NCBI GenBank assembly: GCA_963796685.1
Contig: CAWCMR010000025.1
Span: 1,792,001-1,856,000, forward strand
DNA length: 64,000 bases
Origin: an uncultured delta proteobacterium
Lineage (GTDB): Bacteria; Myxococcota_A; Polyangia; Fen-1088
Direction: 5' to 3'
Shown: positions 31,484-42,396 of the stretch, piece by piece
Position numbering within the stretch: position 1 is the stretch's first letter
Layout: each line of letters begins with the position of its first letter
Notes under the pieces: model-generated
Database searches by the model: none
The model's input: the letters and a program-made list of their open reading frames with translations, nothing else
What the model was told of the DNA's origin: nothing
Position numbers and translations under genes: made by a program

Positions 31484-32020
31484 ATGAGGAGACTGGCACT
31501 CGCAGTGGGGGCGTTCGTCATGCTACTTGCGGGCTCGGCGTATGCGCAGTACGGGGAGGCCGGCTGTGGATTGGGCGCCTTGGTCTTCGGGCAGGACAAC
31601 GCGCCCGGCAAACAGATCCTCGCGGCTACGACGAATGGCATTGGCGGGCAGACCTTCGCCATCACCTCGGGAACGTCCAACTGTTCCGCGGGTGGCGTGA
31701 TCAAGGCCCAGCGCGAGCAGGCCGCGTTCGCCGAGGTCAACTTCCAGGATCTCAAGGCCAACATGGCCGCCGGCGGCGGTGAGTTCCTTGCCTCCTTCGC
31801 GACCCTCCTCGGCTGCGAGGATTCGAGCAAGGTGAAGCTTGCCAGGATGTCGCAGGAGAAATTCGAGGTCATCGTGCCCAGCACCTCGACGACTCCGATC
31901 CAGATGCTCACGGCCATCAAGCAGCAGATCAAGGCCTCGCCGGCCCTGGCCACGACCTGCACCGACGAGCGCGCCATCGCGCGGGCCGAGGGCAGGCCGA
32001 TGACGTTGGCCAAGCGCTAG
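31484..32020 (+). CDS. DUF3015-family secreted protein
   Basis: YGEAGCGLG, ILAATTNG..QTFAITSGTSNC, MAAGGGEFL. Confidence 0.85.
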   Translation: MRRLALAVGAFVMLLAGSAYAQYGEAGCGLGALVFGQDNAPGKQILAATTNGIGGQTFAITSGTSNCSAGGVIKAQREQAAFAEVNFQDLKANMAAGGGEFLASFATLLGCEDSSKVKLARMSQEKFEVIVPSTSTTPIQMLTAIKQQIKASPALATTCTDERAIARAEGRPMTLAKR

Positions 32021-32089
32021 TCGTCCCGGAGATCCCTCACGGAGTCCCGGCACGTCTTCTTTTGCGGACCGGCGCTCTGCGGCTGCCTC

Positions 32090-33970
32090 ATGGGCCTGGT
32101 CGCCGCGCCGGCGCGCGCCAACCCGTCGTACACGAGCGAGCTCCAAGCGCAAGCGCGGGCGCGAGGGCTGGCGCGTAGCCGCACGTGGCAGGTCCTTCTC
32201 CATTACCACCCTACGTGGTTCGGCGGCTGGCGCAGCAGCGCGGACGGCGCGGACTTCTTTCTCGCGGGCAAGAAGGGAGAATCGGACCCCGAAGCGGAAT
32301 TGGCGGCGACGCTGGCCGCGTTCGCCGCGCCAGCGACCCACGAGGCCCAGGAGACCGAGGCTGGGCAGCATCCCCAATGCCGGTTCCCCGCCCGCTGGTC
32401 CTGGCTGAAGCAGAAGCTCGCCATCGATACCCAGCGCCTGCCCGAGCAACCTTGTCCTCTCTTCGCGGCTTGGCGCCAAGGCATCGCGCCCGAGAAGGTC
32501 GCGCTGATCTATTCCTCTGCCTATATCAACAGTCCGGCCTCGATGTACGGGCACACGTTCTTGCGTCTCTCGCGCAGGACCGGTTCGGGCAACAAGCTGA
32601 TCGACTACATCGTGAACTTCGCCGCCGACACGAACACCAGCAATGGTTTCGTGTACGCCATCAAGGGTCTGTTCGGGGGCTTCCCCGGCCATTTCTACGT
32701 GATGCCCTATTACATGAAGATCCAGGAGTACTCGAACATCGAAAGTCGCGACCTCTGGGAATATCAGCTTTCCCTGACCACGGCCGAGGCCGAGCGCCTG
32801 GTCGCCCACACCTGGGAAACCCGCAGCACCTACTTCAACTACTACTTCGTCACGGAGAACTGCTCCTACTTTCTCCTCGAGCTTCTCGAAGCGGCTCGTC
32901 CGAGCCTGCGCGTGAGCGAGCGCTTTCATGGCCCGGTCATTCCCGCCGAGACCCTGCGCGTGCTGCTGTCCGTGCCCGGCCTGGTTGGCGAACGCACGCC
33001 CCGCCCATCGCTGCGCATGCAAATCCTCACTCGCAAGTCCGCGCTGAACGGCAGCGAGATCCGGGCTGCGGAGGCACTGGCCAAGCGTGGCCGCGAAGCG
33101 AATGCGGCCATCGCCGGCTGGCCCAAGGAGCGCCAGGCGCGCACGCTCGATGCGGCCAGCGATCTTCTGCGCTTTCGCGAGGGACTCGCGAAGAACCCCT
33201 CGTCGGAATTCCAACGCAAGGAGCGCGAGCTGCTCATCCTGCGTGGCCGCACCGGCGTCGAGCCGCTCGCCATCGACGTGCATCCGGCGAGCGATGCACC
33301 CGAGACCGGCCATCGCCCCTTGCGTCTTGGCATGGCCGGTGGCCTGGTCGGCTCGCAAGGGGTTTCCTTCGAAGAGCTCTCCATTCGACTGGCTCTGCAC
33401 GATTTTCTGGACCCCGTGCGCGGCTACCTCGACGACGCCGAGCTCGAAATGATGCAGCTCAGGGTCCGCTTTTACAACGCCAGCCATCTGCTGTTCCCGG
33501 AGCGCCTCGAGCTACTCGATATTCTGTCGGTCTCGGGCTTCGACCGCTGGATCCCCAAGACCGCGTGGACGGTGCGTGCCGGCGGAGCGCAAGCCCACTA
33601 CCTCGGTTGTGCGGGTCTCGACTGCAGCTACGGCGATCTCAGCACCGGCGGCGGCCTGGCCCTGCGCGCCGGGTTCCCCTTCCTGTTCTATCTGTTGACC
33701 ACCGCCGACCTCGCCGCGGGTGCGCCTTTCGATGGTCACTACCGAATCGGCCTGGGGGCACTCGCAGGCGCGGTGCTGCGCCTCGGGCAATTGGCCGAGA
33801 CCAAGGCCGAAGGAGGCTATACCTACTATCTCCTTGGCGACCGGCGCCGGGCTCCCGTGGTCAGCCTTGGCCTAGGGATCAATTTTGGAAGCTGGGGACA
33901 ACTTCGCTTGGTCGGCGAGGCCATCGGTCGATACACCGAGGCGCGCGCCGAGGTGCTGGGTTACTTCTGA
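32090..33970 (+). CDS. DUF4105-domain (Lnb-like) protein with C-terminal beta region
   Basis: WQVLLHY, CRFPAR, SMYGHTFLR, ESRDLWEY, YYFVTENCS; the customary partner of DUF3015. Confidence 0.85.
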   Translation: MGLVAAPARANPSYTSELQAQARARGLARSRTWQVLLHYHPTWFGGWRSSADGADFFLAGKKGESDPEAELAATLAAFAAPATHEAQETEAGQHPQCRFPARWSWLKQKLAIDTQRLPEQPCPLFAAWRQGIAPEKVALIYSSAYINSPASMYGHTFLRLSRRTGSGNKLIDYIVNFAADTNTSNGFVYAIKGLFGGFPGHFYVMPYYMKIQEYSNIESRDLWEYQLSLTTAEAERLVAHTWETRSTYFNYYFVTENCSYFLLELLEAARPSLRVSERFHGPVIPAETLRVLLSVPGLVGERTPRPSLRMQILTRKSALNGSEIRAAEALAKRGREANAAIAGWPKERQARTLDAASDLLRFREGLAKNPSSEFQRKERELLILRGRTGVEPLAIDVHPASDAPETGHRPLRLGMAGGLVGSQGVSFEELSIRLALHDFLDPVRGYLDDAELEMMQLRVRFYNASHLLFPERLELLDILSVSGFDRWIPKTAWTVRAGGAQAHYLGCAGLDCSYGDLSTGGGLALRAGFPFLFYLLTTADLAAGAPFDGHYRIGLGALAGAVLRLGQLAETKAEGGYTYYLLGDRRRAPVVSLGLGINFGSWGQLRLVGEAIGRYTEARAEVLGYF

Positions 33971-35316
33971 CCGCTTGCCACAGGGGTGGCTTCGCTTTCA
34001 CAGGATTCCAGCCAAACCTCGATGAGGTGTAGACAGGTGCCAATCGCCTCGGCCATCCACTGCAGCGAGATCCATTCCTCGACCGAGTGGATGCTTTGGC
34101 CGCCGGAGAACAAGTTGGGGGTCAGCAGACCCAAGGCCGAGAGCCGGGAGCCGTCGGTGCCGCCGCGAACCGCCCGGCGCACGGGCCGAAGTCCCTGTCG
34201 CCGCACGGCCTCGAGAGCGTAGTCGAGCACCTTGCGATCCTTGGCGATGCAGTCGCCCATGTTGCGATAGGACGGCTTGATCTCCGTCTTCACCTGGGCA
34301 CCGGGAAAACGCGCTTCGACGTCGTGGACGATGGCGCGCAAGATCTCCTCGCGTTCGAGCAATTCGCTTTCGGTGAAGGCGCGCACGAGCAGCCGAAGCT
34401 CTGCCAGCGCCACGTCCCCGGTCAGGGAATGGGGATGCAGATACGGCTCGCGTCCCTCGGTCGACTCGGGCAGGCGGTCGGCGGGCAGGGAGGCGACGAT
34501 GGCCGCGGCCACCCGCACGGCGTTGATCATCACGTTCTTGGCCTGGCCGGGGTGTACGTCGTGGCCGACGATGGTGATGGTGGCGGCGTCCGCGCTGAAG
34601 GTCTCGTCCTCGACCTCGCCCAGATCGGAGCCGTCCAAGGTGTACGCGTAGTGCGCCCCGAATCCCGCCACATCGAATCGATCGATGCCGCGGCCAATCT
34701 CTTCGTCGGGCGTGAACGCCACGCGCAACTTGCCGTGGGGAAAGTCGGGATGCGCGAAGAGCCAGTCCACCAAGGTCACGATCTCGGCGATGCCGGCCTT
34801 GTCGTCCGCACCGAGCAACGTGGTGCCGTCGGTGTGTACCAGGGTGTGCCCCACGCAACGGGCGAGATTGGGCTGACCGATGGCGGAAATTTTCGCACCT
34901 GTTGCGGGAAGAACGAGGTCGCCGCCGGCGTAGCGCTCGACGACCTGCGGGCGAACGTTTGCCCCCGATGTGCCGGGATAGGTGTCGAGGTGGGCCAGGA
35001 AACCCAGCACGGGGACCTTGCCGGCCGCGGGGTGTTCGGGCGACAGGTTCGAAGGCACGGTGGCGTAGACGTGTCCCGATTCCGCCATCCACGCGTCGGC
35101 GCAGCCAAGAGTCTTGAGCTCGTCCACCAGCAGACGGGCAAGGTTCTTTTGTTTGTCCGTGGATGGAGAGGCGGACGATCCCTCGTCGCTTTGCGTATCC
35201 ATCCGGACGTAACGCAAAAAGCGCGCGAGCAGCGCGCTTTGTTCGGTCGCATGCAAGCCGCTCATGACGAGCGCGAGCGTATCAGGTTCCTGATCATGAG
35301 GGAGCGGAAGCGGCAT
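33961..35316 (-). CDS. pepT: Peptidase T (M20B)
   Basis: RFLRYVRMDTQS, AHLDT, LLGADDKAG, FTPDEEIG, HPG.AK, RGGTDG (start uncertain). Confidence 0.92.
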   Translation of the reverse strand: MPLPLPHDQEPDTLALVMSGLHATEQSALLARFLRYVRMDTQSDEGSSASPSTDKQKNLARLLVDELKTLGCADAWMAESGHVYATVPSNLSPEHPAAGKVPVLGFLAHLDTYPGTSGANVRPQVVERYAGGDLVLPATGAKISAIGQPNLARCVGHTLVHTDGTTLLGADDKAGIAEIVTLVDWLFAHPDFPHGKLRVAFTPDEEIGRGIDRFDVAGFGAHYAYTLDGSDLGEVEDETFSADAATITIVGHDVHPGQAKNVMINAVRVAAAIVASLPADRLPESTEGREPYLHPHSLTGDVALAELRLLVRAFTESELLEREEILRAIVHDVEARFPGAQVKTEIKPSYRNMGDCIAKDRKVLDYALEAVRRQGLRPVRRAVRGGTDGSRLSALGLLTPNLFSGGQSIHSVEEWISLQWMAEAIGTCLHLIEVWLESCESEATPVASGQK

Positions 35317-35393
35317 CGATTCTCGCCGATGGTAGGATGGCGGCCACACCCGTCGGGTCGTGCTCGGCGTCCAGTCACAGAGAAAGAACACCC

Positions 35394-36728
35394 ATGAAAA
35401 AGAGCGTGGCAAGGATCTTGGTTCTGGCGACCGCGATGTTCAGCCAGAAGGTCATGGCCCAGGCCGACATGATCGAAAAGACTCCGGCTCGAGCGGCGCC
35501 CCCCGCCGATGCGTCGCTCGCATCGCCTTCGGCCACCCCCACGGCGGAAGCCACCCCCGCGCCTGCGCCACCTGGCGGGGATCCTGCCTTGGCGGCGAGG
35601 GTGGCGGAGCTGGAGACCAAGCTGAAGAAGGTCGAAGCCGCCGCGGCCGCGAATGAGGCCAAGGTGGACGAGCTTTCGAAGCTCAAGCTGAGCGGGTACG
35701 TGCAAGCACGCTACGAGTGGCACCAAGATGCGAGCAATGGCTGGAATTTCCCAGCGGTCGGCTCGACGGGCGCGGGCTCGACCGGCAGCAAGGACTATTT
35801 CTACGTCAAGCGTGCACGTTTCATCACCGTCTACAATGCCAGCAACGCCGAGCTGGTGGCGCAGATCGATGCCGCGGGCGCGAGCCTCGCGGCCAAGGAT
35901 CTCGAAGCGGCCTTCATCGACACGTGGACGCCGCTGCACCTCCGCATATCGGTCGGGCAATTCAAGTACCCGTTCGGCTACGAATTGCAGCAGTCGGACG
36001 TCGTGCGCGAAATGCCCGAGCGCTCGCGCTTCATCCTCGGCTACTTTCCCGGCGAGCGCGACCGCGGTCTCAAGATCCAGGGTAAGTACGCCATCCTTCG
36101 TTTCCAGATCGCTCTCGTCAATGGCAATGGCACGCAGGATGCGGCCTTCGGAACCTTGGACTCCAACAACTACAAGGATGTCGTCGGACGCTTGGGCGTC
36201 GACAAGGGCTTCGTCGCGGGTGGCGTCTCGGGCTGGTACGGCACCGACGATCTCGACACCTCGAGCTCGGACAAGACCAAGTGGCTCAAGTTCTCCAGGG
36301 TTCGCGTGGGCGCCGACGTCCAGGGCTACATCGACGTGCCCAGCGTGGGCAACCTGGCGCTGCGCGGCGAGACGATGTACAGCCGCGACAAGAACCAGGA
36401 CTACAATGGAGTGGCTGGGTCGAGCTGCCAGGACCGCATCGGCTGGGGCTGGAGCCTCATCGCGGCCCAGAACATCGGCAAGGTTCTCGGGGCCGTCGTG
36501 CGCGTCGACGGTTACGATCCGCTCTTGCAGGGTTCCTACGACAGTGCGCGCTGCGCAGGCACCGTCGCGATCGCCGCAGCGGATCGCGTCATCACCTTCG
36601 GCGGCGGCCTGCTCGGCTACATCTCGCCCAACTTGAAGGCTTCGCTCATCTACGAGCACCCGTCCGAGCAGGGGAGCAACAAGGTGAACAACGACTTGTT
36701 CACGGCGCAGCTACAAGCCAGCTTCTAG
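35394..36728 (+). CDS. Outer-membrane porin (OprO/OprP-like)
   Basis: Signal peptide, coiled coil, LSGYVQARY, GQFKYPFGYE, PERS, RDRG, C-terminal Phe. Confidence 0.8.
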   Translation: MKKSVARILVLATAMFSQKVMAQADMIEKTPARAAPPADASLASPSATPTAEATPAPAPPGGDPALAARVAELETKLKKVEAAAAANEAKVDELSKLKLSGYVQARYEWHQDASNGWNFPAVGSTGAGSTGSKDYFYVKRARFITVYNASNAELVAQIDAAGASLAAKDLEAAFIDTWTPLHLRISVGQFKYPFGYELQQSDVVREMPERSRFILGYFPGERDRGLKIQGKYAILRFQIALVNGNGTQDAAFGTLDSNNYKDVVGRLGVDKGFVAGGVSGWYGTDDLDTSSSDKTKWLKFSRVRVGADVQGYIDVPSVGNLALRGETMYSRDKNQDYNGVAGSSCQDRIGWGWSLIAAQNIGKVLGAVVRVDGYDPLLQGSYDSARCAGTVAIAAADRVITFGGGLLGYISPNLKASLIYEHPSEQGSNKVNNDLFTAQLQASF

Positions 36729-36818
36729 CGCAGCGAACGAGTTGAATTCCTCCTGAATCCAAGGGATTGCCTGGCGCTGCCGAGGCCGCTGTGCAGAGCG
36801 CGCACAAGCCTCTTTTTC

Positions 36819-36925
36819 GACCATAGAGAACACAGAGGTCCGGAGAATGAAGGGTTCTCCGGATTCTCAATCCGACCCCTTCATTTCTCATCCGTCTCTG
36901 TGTTCTCTGTGCCCTCTGTGTTTAG
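36819..36925. repeat. ACACAGAG/CTCTGTG-type palindromic intergenic element
   Basis: AGAGAACACAGAG ... CTCTGTGTTCTCT inverted repeat with extra CTCTGTG copies. Confidence 0.65.
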
Positions 36926-37009
36926 AATCCGGAAATTGCTCGGGTTCGGGTTCAACGCTTCGCTGGGGAATTTGGCCGCGATTGAGGTATGGTTTCGCCC
37001 GGAAACCAC

Positions 37010-38053
37010 ATGAAAATACTCGTCACCGGGGGTGCCGGCTTCATCGGCGCGAATTTCCTGAACCTGCTGGTTCCGCGCCATCCCGAGCACGTCTTCGTCA
37101 ACCTGGACGCGCTGACCTACGCCGCGAACCCGCGCAGCCTGGCCGGCCTGGAAGGGTGCGCGAACTATGTCTTCGTACGCGCCGATCTGGTCGATTTCGA
37201 GGCCGTGCGCGCGGCCTTCGCCAAACACCAGCCCGAGGTGGTGATTCACTTCGCCGCCGAGAGCCACGTGGACCGATCCATCGCCGGGCCGCGGCCGTTC
37301 CTGCGCACCAACATCGAAGGCACGTTCAATCTGCTCGAAGCTTGCCGCGAGGCCTGGAAGCCGGGCCAGGGCCTCTTCCACCACGTGTCCACCGACGAGG
37401 TCTACGGCTCCCTCGGCGACGAGGGTCTCTTCACCGAGGAAACCAAATACGATCCATCGAGTCCCTATTCGGCCTCCAAGGCCGCCAGCGACCACCTGGT
37501 GCGCGCCTGGGGCCGCACCTTCGGCATCCCCGTCAAGCTCACCAACTGCTCGAACAACTACGGACCGCTGCAGTTCCCCGAAAAGCTCATCCCGCTCATG
37601 ATCCAGAACCTGCTCGAGCGCAAGCCCCTGCCCGTGTATGGCAAGGGCGAGAACGTACGCGACTGGCTCTACGTCGGCGATCATTGCGAGGCCATCTGGA
37701 CGGTCGTCTTGCACGGAGAGCCAGGCAAGACCTACAACATCGGCGGCCGCAGCGAGCAGCGCAACATCGACGTGGTCAAGCAGCTGTGCGCCATCGTCGC
37801 GCAGGAGACCTCGGCCAGCGAGGCCGAGCTGTTCGGCCTCGTCACCTACGTCAAGGATCGTCCGGGCCACGACCTGCGCTACGCCATCGACGCCGGCAAG
37901 ATCGAGCGCGAGCTGCACTGGAAGCCGCAAGAAACCTTCGCCTCCGGGCTGCGCAAGACCGTGCGCTGGTACTTGGGCAATCGCGACTGGGTGGCCAGCG
38001 TGCGCACCGGGGAATACCGGCAGTGGATCGAACAGAACTACGGAGATCGCTAG
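37010..38053 (+). CDS. rmlB: dTDP-glucose 4,6-dehydratase
   Basis: GGAGFIG, AAESHVDRS, STDEVYG, YSASK, DRPGHDLRY. Confidence 0.97.
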   Translation: MKILVTGGAGFIGANFLNLLVPRHPEHVFVNLDALTYAANPRSLAGLEGCANYVFVRADLVDFEAVRAAFAKHQPEVVIHFAAESHVDRSIAGPRPFLRTNIEGTFNLLEACREAWKPGQGLFHHVSTDEVYGSLGDEGLFTEETKYDPSSPYSASKAASDHLVRAWGRTFGIPVKLTNCSNNYGPLQFPEKLIPLMIQNLLERKPLPVYGKGENVRDWLYVGDHCEAIWTVVLHGEPGKTYNIGGRSEQRNIDVVKQLCAIVAQETSASEAELFGLVTYVKDRPGHDLRYAIDAGKIERELHWKPQETFASGLRKTVRWYLGNRDWVASVRTGEYRQWIEQNYGDR

Positions 38054-38935
38054 ATGGTGAACAAAGGCATGATCCTGGCCGGCGGCTCGGGCACGCGGCT
38101 GCACCCCATCACCCGCGCGCTCAGCAAGCAGCTGGTGCCGGTCTACGACAAGCCCATGATCTACTACCCGCTGTCGGTGCTCATGCTGGCCGGTATTCGC
38201 GACGTCCTGGTCATCACCACGCCGGACGACCAGGTGCCGTTTCGCAAGCTGCTCGGCGACGGTGCGCAGTGGGGCCTTGCCATCCGCTACGCCGTACAAC
38301 CCAGCCCCGACGGCCTGGCCCAGGCCTTCTTGATTGGCCGCGACTTCATCGCCGGCGATCCCTGCGCGTTGGTTCTGGGCGACAACATCTTCTACGGACA
38401 CGGCCTGCCGTCTCTGATCAAGAAGGCCGGGCAGCGGGCGACCGGCGCCACCGTGTTCGGCTACTTCGTGCAAAACCCCGAGGCTTACGGCGTGGCCGAG
38501 CTCGACGCCGACGGGCGCGTGCTCGGCCTCGAGGAGAAGCCGCAGCAGCCGAGGAGCAACTATGCGGTGACGGGCCTCTACTTCTACGACAGCCAGGTGG
38601 TGGGCCTGGCGGAATCGCTCAAGCCCAGCGCGCGCGGCGAGCTGGAAATCACCGACCTCAACCGCCTCTATCTGGAGCGCGGCCAGCTCTTTCTCGAAAA
38701 GATGGGCCGCGGAGTGGCCTGGCTCGACACCGGCACCCACGATTCGTTGCTGCAGGCCGCGCAGTTCATCCAGACCATTCAGGCGCGGCAGGGCCTGATG
38801 GTGTCCTGCCCGGAGGAAATCGCCTTCGCCAAGGGCTGGATCGACGTTGCCCGCTTGAACGAGTTGGCGCGGCCCTTGGCCAAGACCGGCTACGGGCAAT
38901 ACCTCTTGCAACTGGCGCAGCGAGGTCCGCGGTGA
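38054..38935 (+). CDS. rmlA: Glucose-1-phosphate thymidylyltransferase
   Basis: [41 protein letters not shown]. Confidence 0.97.
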   Translation: MVNKGMILAGGSGTRLHPITRALSKQLVPVYDKPMIYYPLSVLMLAGIRDVLVITTPDDQVPFRKLLGDGAQWGLAIRYAVQPSPDGLAQAFLIGRDFIAGDPCALVLGDNIFYGHGLPSLIKKAGQRATGATVFGYFVQNPEAYGVAELDADGRVLGLEEKPQQPRSNYAVTGLYFYDSQVVGLAESLKPSARGELEITDLNRLYLERGQLFLEKMGRGVAWLDTGTHDSLLQAAQFIQTIQARQGLMVSCPEEIAFAKGWIDVARLNELARPLAKTGYGQYLLQLAQRGPR

Positions 38936-39489
38936 AGATCACCAGCATGAGCTTGCCCGAGGTCTTGCTCGTCGAGCCCAAGCGTTTCGGCGACGCCCGC
39001 GGCTATTTTATCGAGACCTGGCACGAGCAGCGCTATGCGGCGGTCGGCATCGAGCTCGCTTTCGTGCAGGACAATCTGTCGCGCTCGGCGCGCGGGATCT
39101 TGCGCGGGCTCCACCTGCAACACCCGAACGCTCAGGGCAAGTTGGTCTACGTCCTCGAAGGCGAGGTATTCGATGTCGCCGTCGACGTGCGCGTCGGCTC
39201 CCCCAACTTCGGCAAGTGGACGGGTGCCTTGCTTTCCGGCGCGGATCACCGCCAGCTTTGGATCCCTCCCGGTTTCGCCCACGGCTTTTGCGTGACCAGC
39301 GAGAACGCCATGTTCGCCTACAAGTGTACGGCGCTCTATTCGGCCGCCGACGAGCTGGGCGTGGCGTGGAACGATCCCGCGCTCGCCATCCCGTGGCCGG
39401 TGGCCGCGCCCCAGCTCTCGGCCAAGGACGCGACCTTGCCTCGCTTGGCCGACATCGATCCCGCGCGTTTGCCGCGCTACCATGGTTAG
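38932..39489 (+). CDS. rmlC: dTDP-4-dehydrorhamnose 3,5-epimerase
   Basis: GTG overlaps the rmlA stop; DARGYF, QDN.S.S..GILRGLH.Q, GFAHGF. Confidence 0.95.
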   Translation: MKITSMSLPEVLLVEPKRFGDARGYFIETWHEQRYAAVGIELAFVQDNLSRSARGILRGLHLQHPNAQGKLVYVLEGEVFDVAVDVRVGSPNFGKWTGALLSGADHRQLWIPPGFAHGFCVTSENAMFAYKCTALYSAADELGVAWNDPALAIPWPVAAPQLSAKDATLPRLADIDPARLPRYHG

Positions 39490-39492
39490 CTC

Positions 39493-40341
39493 ATGAACGC
39501 ACCCATCCTAATCGTCGGCGATCGCGGAATGCTCGGCCGCGCCTTTCGCGAGTTGCTCCAGCGTTCGGCCCGCGCCTACCAGGGCCTCGATTTGCCCGAC
39601 TTCGACGCCAGCGAGCCGGCCCAGGTGGCGACCATCTTTCGCAAGCCGTGGAGCGCGCTCATCAATTGCGCGGCCTACACCAACGTCGACGGCGCCGAGG
39701 AGCACGAGCAGGACGCCATGCGCGCCAACGCGACCGCGCCGGGCGTGCTGGCCGAGGCGAGCAAGCGCGCGGGTGTTCCCCTGGTTCACTTCAGCACCGA
39801 CTACGTGTTCGCCGGTAACGCCGCCCGGCCGTACCCGGTCGACGCGCCCTTGCAGCCGCTTGGCGCCTACGGTCGCACCAAGGCGGCTGGGGAAGACGCG
39901 ACTCGCAAGAGCGGAGCCCGACACCTCATCGTGCGCACGAGCTGGCTTTACGCGCCCTGGGCCAACAACTTCGTGCGCACCATGGCCAAGCTCACACGCG
40001 ACAAACCCGCCCTGAAGGTCGTGCACGATCAGCGCGGACGGCCCACCAGCGCCGAGCACCTGGCCAAGACCACGCTGGCGCTCCTCGATCGCGGCGCCAC
40101 CGGCACCTACCACGTCACCGACGGCGGCGAGTGTACCTGGTACGAATTCACCCTGGCCATCGCCAAGAGCCTGGGGCGCACCTGTGCCATCGAGCCCTGC
40201 ACTACCGCCGAGTTTCCACGCCCGGCGGCAAGGCCCGCCTACAGCGTGCTCGATCTCGGCAAGACGGAAGCCCTGCTCGGCCCCATGCCCGACTGGCGCG
40301 AGAACTTGGCCTCGGTGCTGGCGCGGCTGGAGGCGCTCTAG
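39493..40341 (+). CDS. rmlD: dTDP-4-dehydrorhamnose reductase
   Basis: NCAAYTNVDGAE, STDYVF, YGRTK, DQRGRPT, RPAYS. Confidence 0.95.
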   Translation: MNAPILIVGDRGMLGRAFRELLQRSARAYQGLDLPDFDASEPAQVATIFRKPWSALINCAAYTNVDGAEEHEQDAMRANATAPGVLAEASKRAGVPLVHFSTDYVFAGNAARPYPVDAPLQPLGAYGRTKAAGEDATRKSGARHLIVRTSWLYAPWANNFVRTMAKLTRDKPALKVVHDQRGRPTSAEHLAKTTLALLDRGATGTYHVTDGGECTWYEFTLAIAKSLGRTCAIEPCTTAEFPRPAARPAYSVLDLGKTEALLGPMPDWRENLASVLARLEAL

Positions 40342-40532
40342 GCCAGGAAACCCCGCGGATCGCGACGGGCGTACTCTTGTCGGTCCATAGGCTCCAGCGA
40401 CACGTAGGGTTTGTGGGGAAAGGTCGCGCAACAGAGCGTGGTCTTGCCCGACTGGCGCGGCCCGGTCAGGGTCACCACCGGATACTGCCCAGCGGCCCGT
40501 CTCAAGACTGCATCGAGGTCCCGACGAATCAC
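40338..40532 (-). pseudogene. 5' fragment of an AAA_14/DUF4143 ATPase
   Basis: YPVVTLTGPRQSGKTTL...YVSLE...DPRGFL then a stop after 64 aa. Confidence 0.8.
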
Positions 40533-40547
40533 GGCATGGATTGTAAA

Positions 40548-41012
40548 TCAGAAAGGCAATCCATGCATCGCAACGAGGACACGCAAGATCCATCCGGCGC
40601 GAGTCCCGGATGCGGCAGGGGCTGGTCCAGGGCTGGCCGACGTGCACGTCGTGAATGAGGAATCCCCTGTCGGGAAGGAGCTGCCATGCTCCCGGTCGAG
40701 CGATGCCATCGAAGCTGTGTGGACTGTAGTTGGGCACCCATGAGGCTTGCACGTTCGGGCATGCGACAGTCCAGTGTCGCAGCCACGTGTCGTCGGGGTG
40801 GCTCCGGTATTGCGAACCGCAAAGCGAATCGCCTTGTAGGTTCGAGCATCCTCGATGCGAACTCCATACAGCGGAACCTGGTAGAGCACGAGTTGGCCAG
40901 GCCTTCCGGGCATGGGCCTGCGTACTTGGAGCCCTTGCTCGGGGTTGTATGGGGCAACGATTCCCGTTCCCAATACTTCGCTTGTGACCGTGACCGTAAC
41001 TGGATTGGCCAT
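40548..41012 (-). pseudogene. Frameshifted hypothetical gene
   Basis: GGAG RBS plus MANPVTVTV...; protein-like sequence switches frame near 40742 (WVPNYSPHSF...GAWQL..GFLIH). Confidence 0.45.
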
Positions 41013-41028
41013 ACACTCTTCTCCAAAG

Positions 41029-41544
41029 CTAATGGGTACAGTTAGACTTCCATTTTCCGACCTGAGCAATTTGGATGTGTTTCTTTCCCTCAAGTAACTC
41101 CGCCTCCATGCGGAAATCGCGAGGGGTCTCGACGACGATCGCACCCTTCATGCGAGCCACTCCCACCCGCCGAACCATGCAGGCAGTCTCGATTCGGTAG
41201 TGGGTCGTGGTGGTTTGCCACGAGTTGAACTGGCATCCCCCGCGCTCCACGGTTCCTGGCCCAAAGTACGTTGCGAACAGCCAGCTTGGATCCGTGCATG
41301 CTTCCGACTTCAGCGTCGAGGTCTTGGCCTTCTGCTTGTCAGTGGTCACAGTATTGGTCAACTGCCAGACTCCCGAGGCGAGGTGAGGCCACTCTTGGCC
41401 ATCTATTTTCTCCGCCTTCACTTCATCAGCTCTGCCCGCGGCAGGGGACGATCCGCCGCCAGTACTAGGTCCGCTCACGCCGACCTCGCTTGCGCCAAGT
41501 CCGACCAATCCCAAACAGCCGATGAATGCTAGGTAACGAATCAC
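41029..41544 (-). CDS. DUF3617-like secreted protein
   Basis: Signal peptide, GVWQLT, spaced Cys, C-terminal GKWKSNC. Confidence 0.6.
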   Translation of the reverse strand: MIRYLAFIGCLGLVGLGASEVGVSGPSTGGGSSPAAGRADEVKAEKIDGQEWPHLASGVWQLTNTVTTDKQKAKTSTLKSEACTDPSWLFATYFGPGTVERGGCQFNSWQTTTTHYRIETACMVRRVGVARMKGAIVVETPRDFRMEAELLEGKKHIQIAQVGKWKSNCTH

Positions 41545-41560
41545 GGTTCCCTCATTTTGT

Positions 41561-42124
41561 CAGAGCGTCGAGCAAAGAGACAAGGCAGAGACCCAGAAGC
41601 ACATCAGCGACTGCCTCACGTCCTTGGCGGCACAGTCCGGTCAACTGGCGCCGGCAGCAACCGCAGCGCAAGTCGCCCCGCCTGTCGTGCAGCCGACTAC
41701 TGCGCAAATACCCGCGCCGCCCGCGCCACCGATCGCTCCTGTGCAGGTCATCGGCGAGCAGGCTGCGCCGAGCAGTTCGCCAGCAGCGGTTTCCCAGGGG
41801 GCAGGTTTGCGAACCGCGGGAGTCATTACAGCCGCGGTCGGCGGGGCAGCCCTGGTGGCTGGTGTGATACTGAACCTGAAGGTGAATAGCATGGCCAGCG
41901 ATTTTCAAAACCTGAATGGTTACACGGATAGCAAGGAATCGGACCGAAAGACTTTCGAGACGCTCGGTTGGGTGAGCTACGGGGTGGGCGCCGCATGTGT
42001 TGCGACCGGATCGGTGCTCTACATTCTGGGTCTTCGGGGCGGCAGGCAAGACTCGACACCGATGGCGTTCGTGCCCGTGTTCGGGCCAGGCGGGGCGGCG
42101 GCAATGTTGAAGGGAGCATTTTGA
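41561..42124 (+). pseudogene. 5'-truncated myxobacterial TPR/PEGA-type membrane protein
   Basis: Open frame with no plausible start (..DKAETQKHISDC..), Pro linker, GLRTAG-TM...TM-PVFG..GAF tail typical of this family. Confidence 0.55.
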
Positions 42125-42396
42125 TGAGCTCCACGTCGCTTTCTCGCCTGAAGCGCATCCCGGCGGTCTTCTTGTTGGCAGTGGTTGCCATCGCGGTCGG
42201 TCCTGCCTGCTTTCGCGGGGCCGATATTTCCAAGATCGTCTGCAACGACACGAAGTACTGCCCCGGCGGCTACGTCTGCGTCGTTCCGCTGGGCAAGACG
42301 CAGGGAAGCTGCGAAAGACCTTGGGACGGCGGCGGGTCGGAGGCAATGGTTTCCGATGCTCCCCTCGGGTCAACCAAGGTGGAACGTGCTCAGTAA
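42124..42396 (+). pseudogene. Truncated Cys-rich lipoprotein
   Basis: Lipobox GPAC, C..DTKYCPGGYVC...C, early stop. Confidence 0.5.

Noticed and set aside
36847-39489. 880-aa ORF
   Set aside because: Only the last 185 aa (rmlC) are real; the rest overlaps rmlB/rmlA out of frame.
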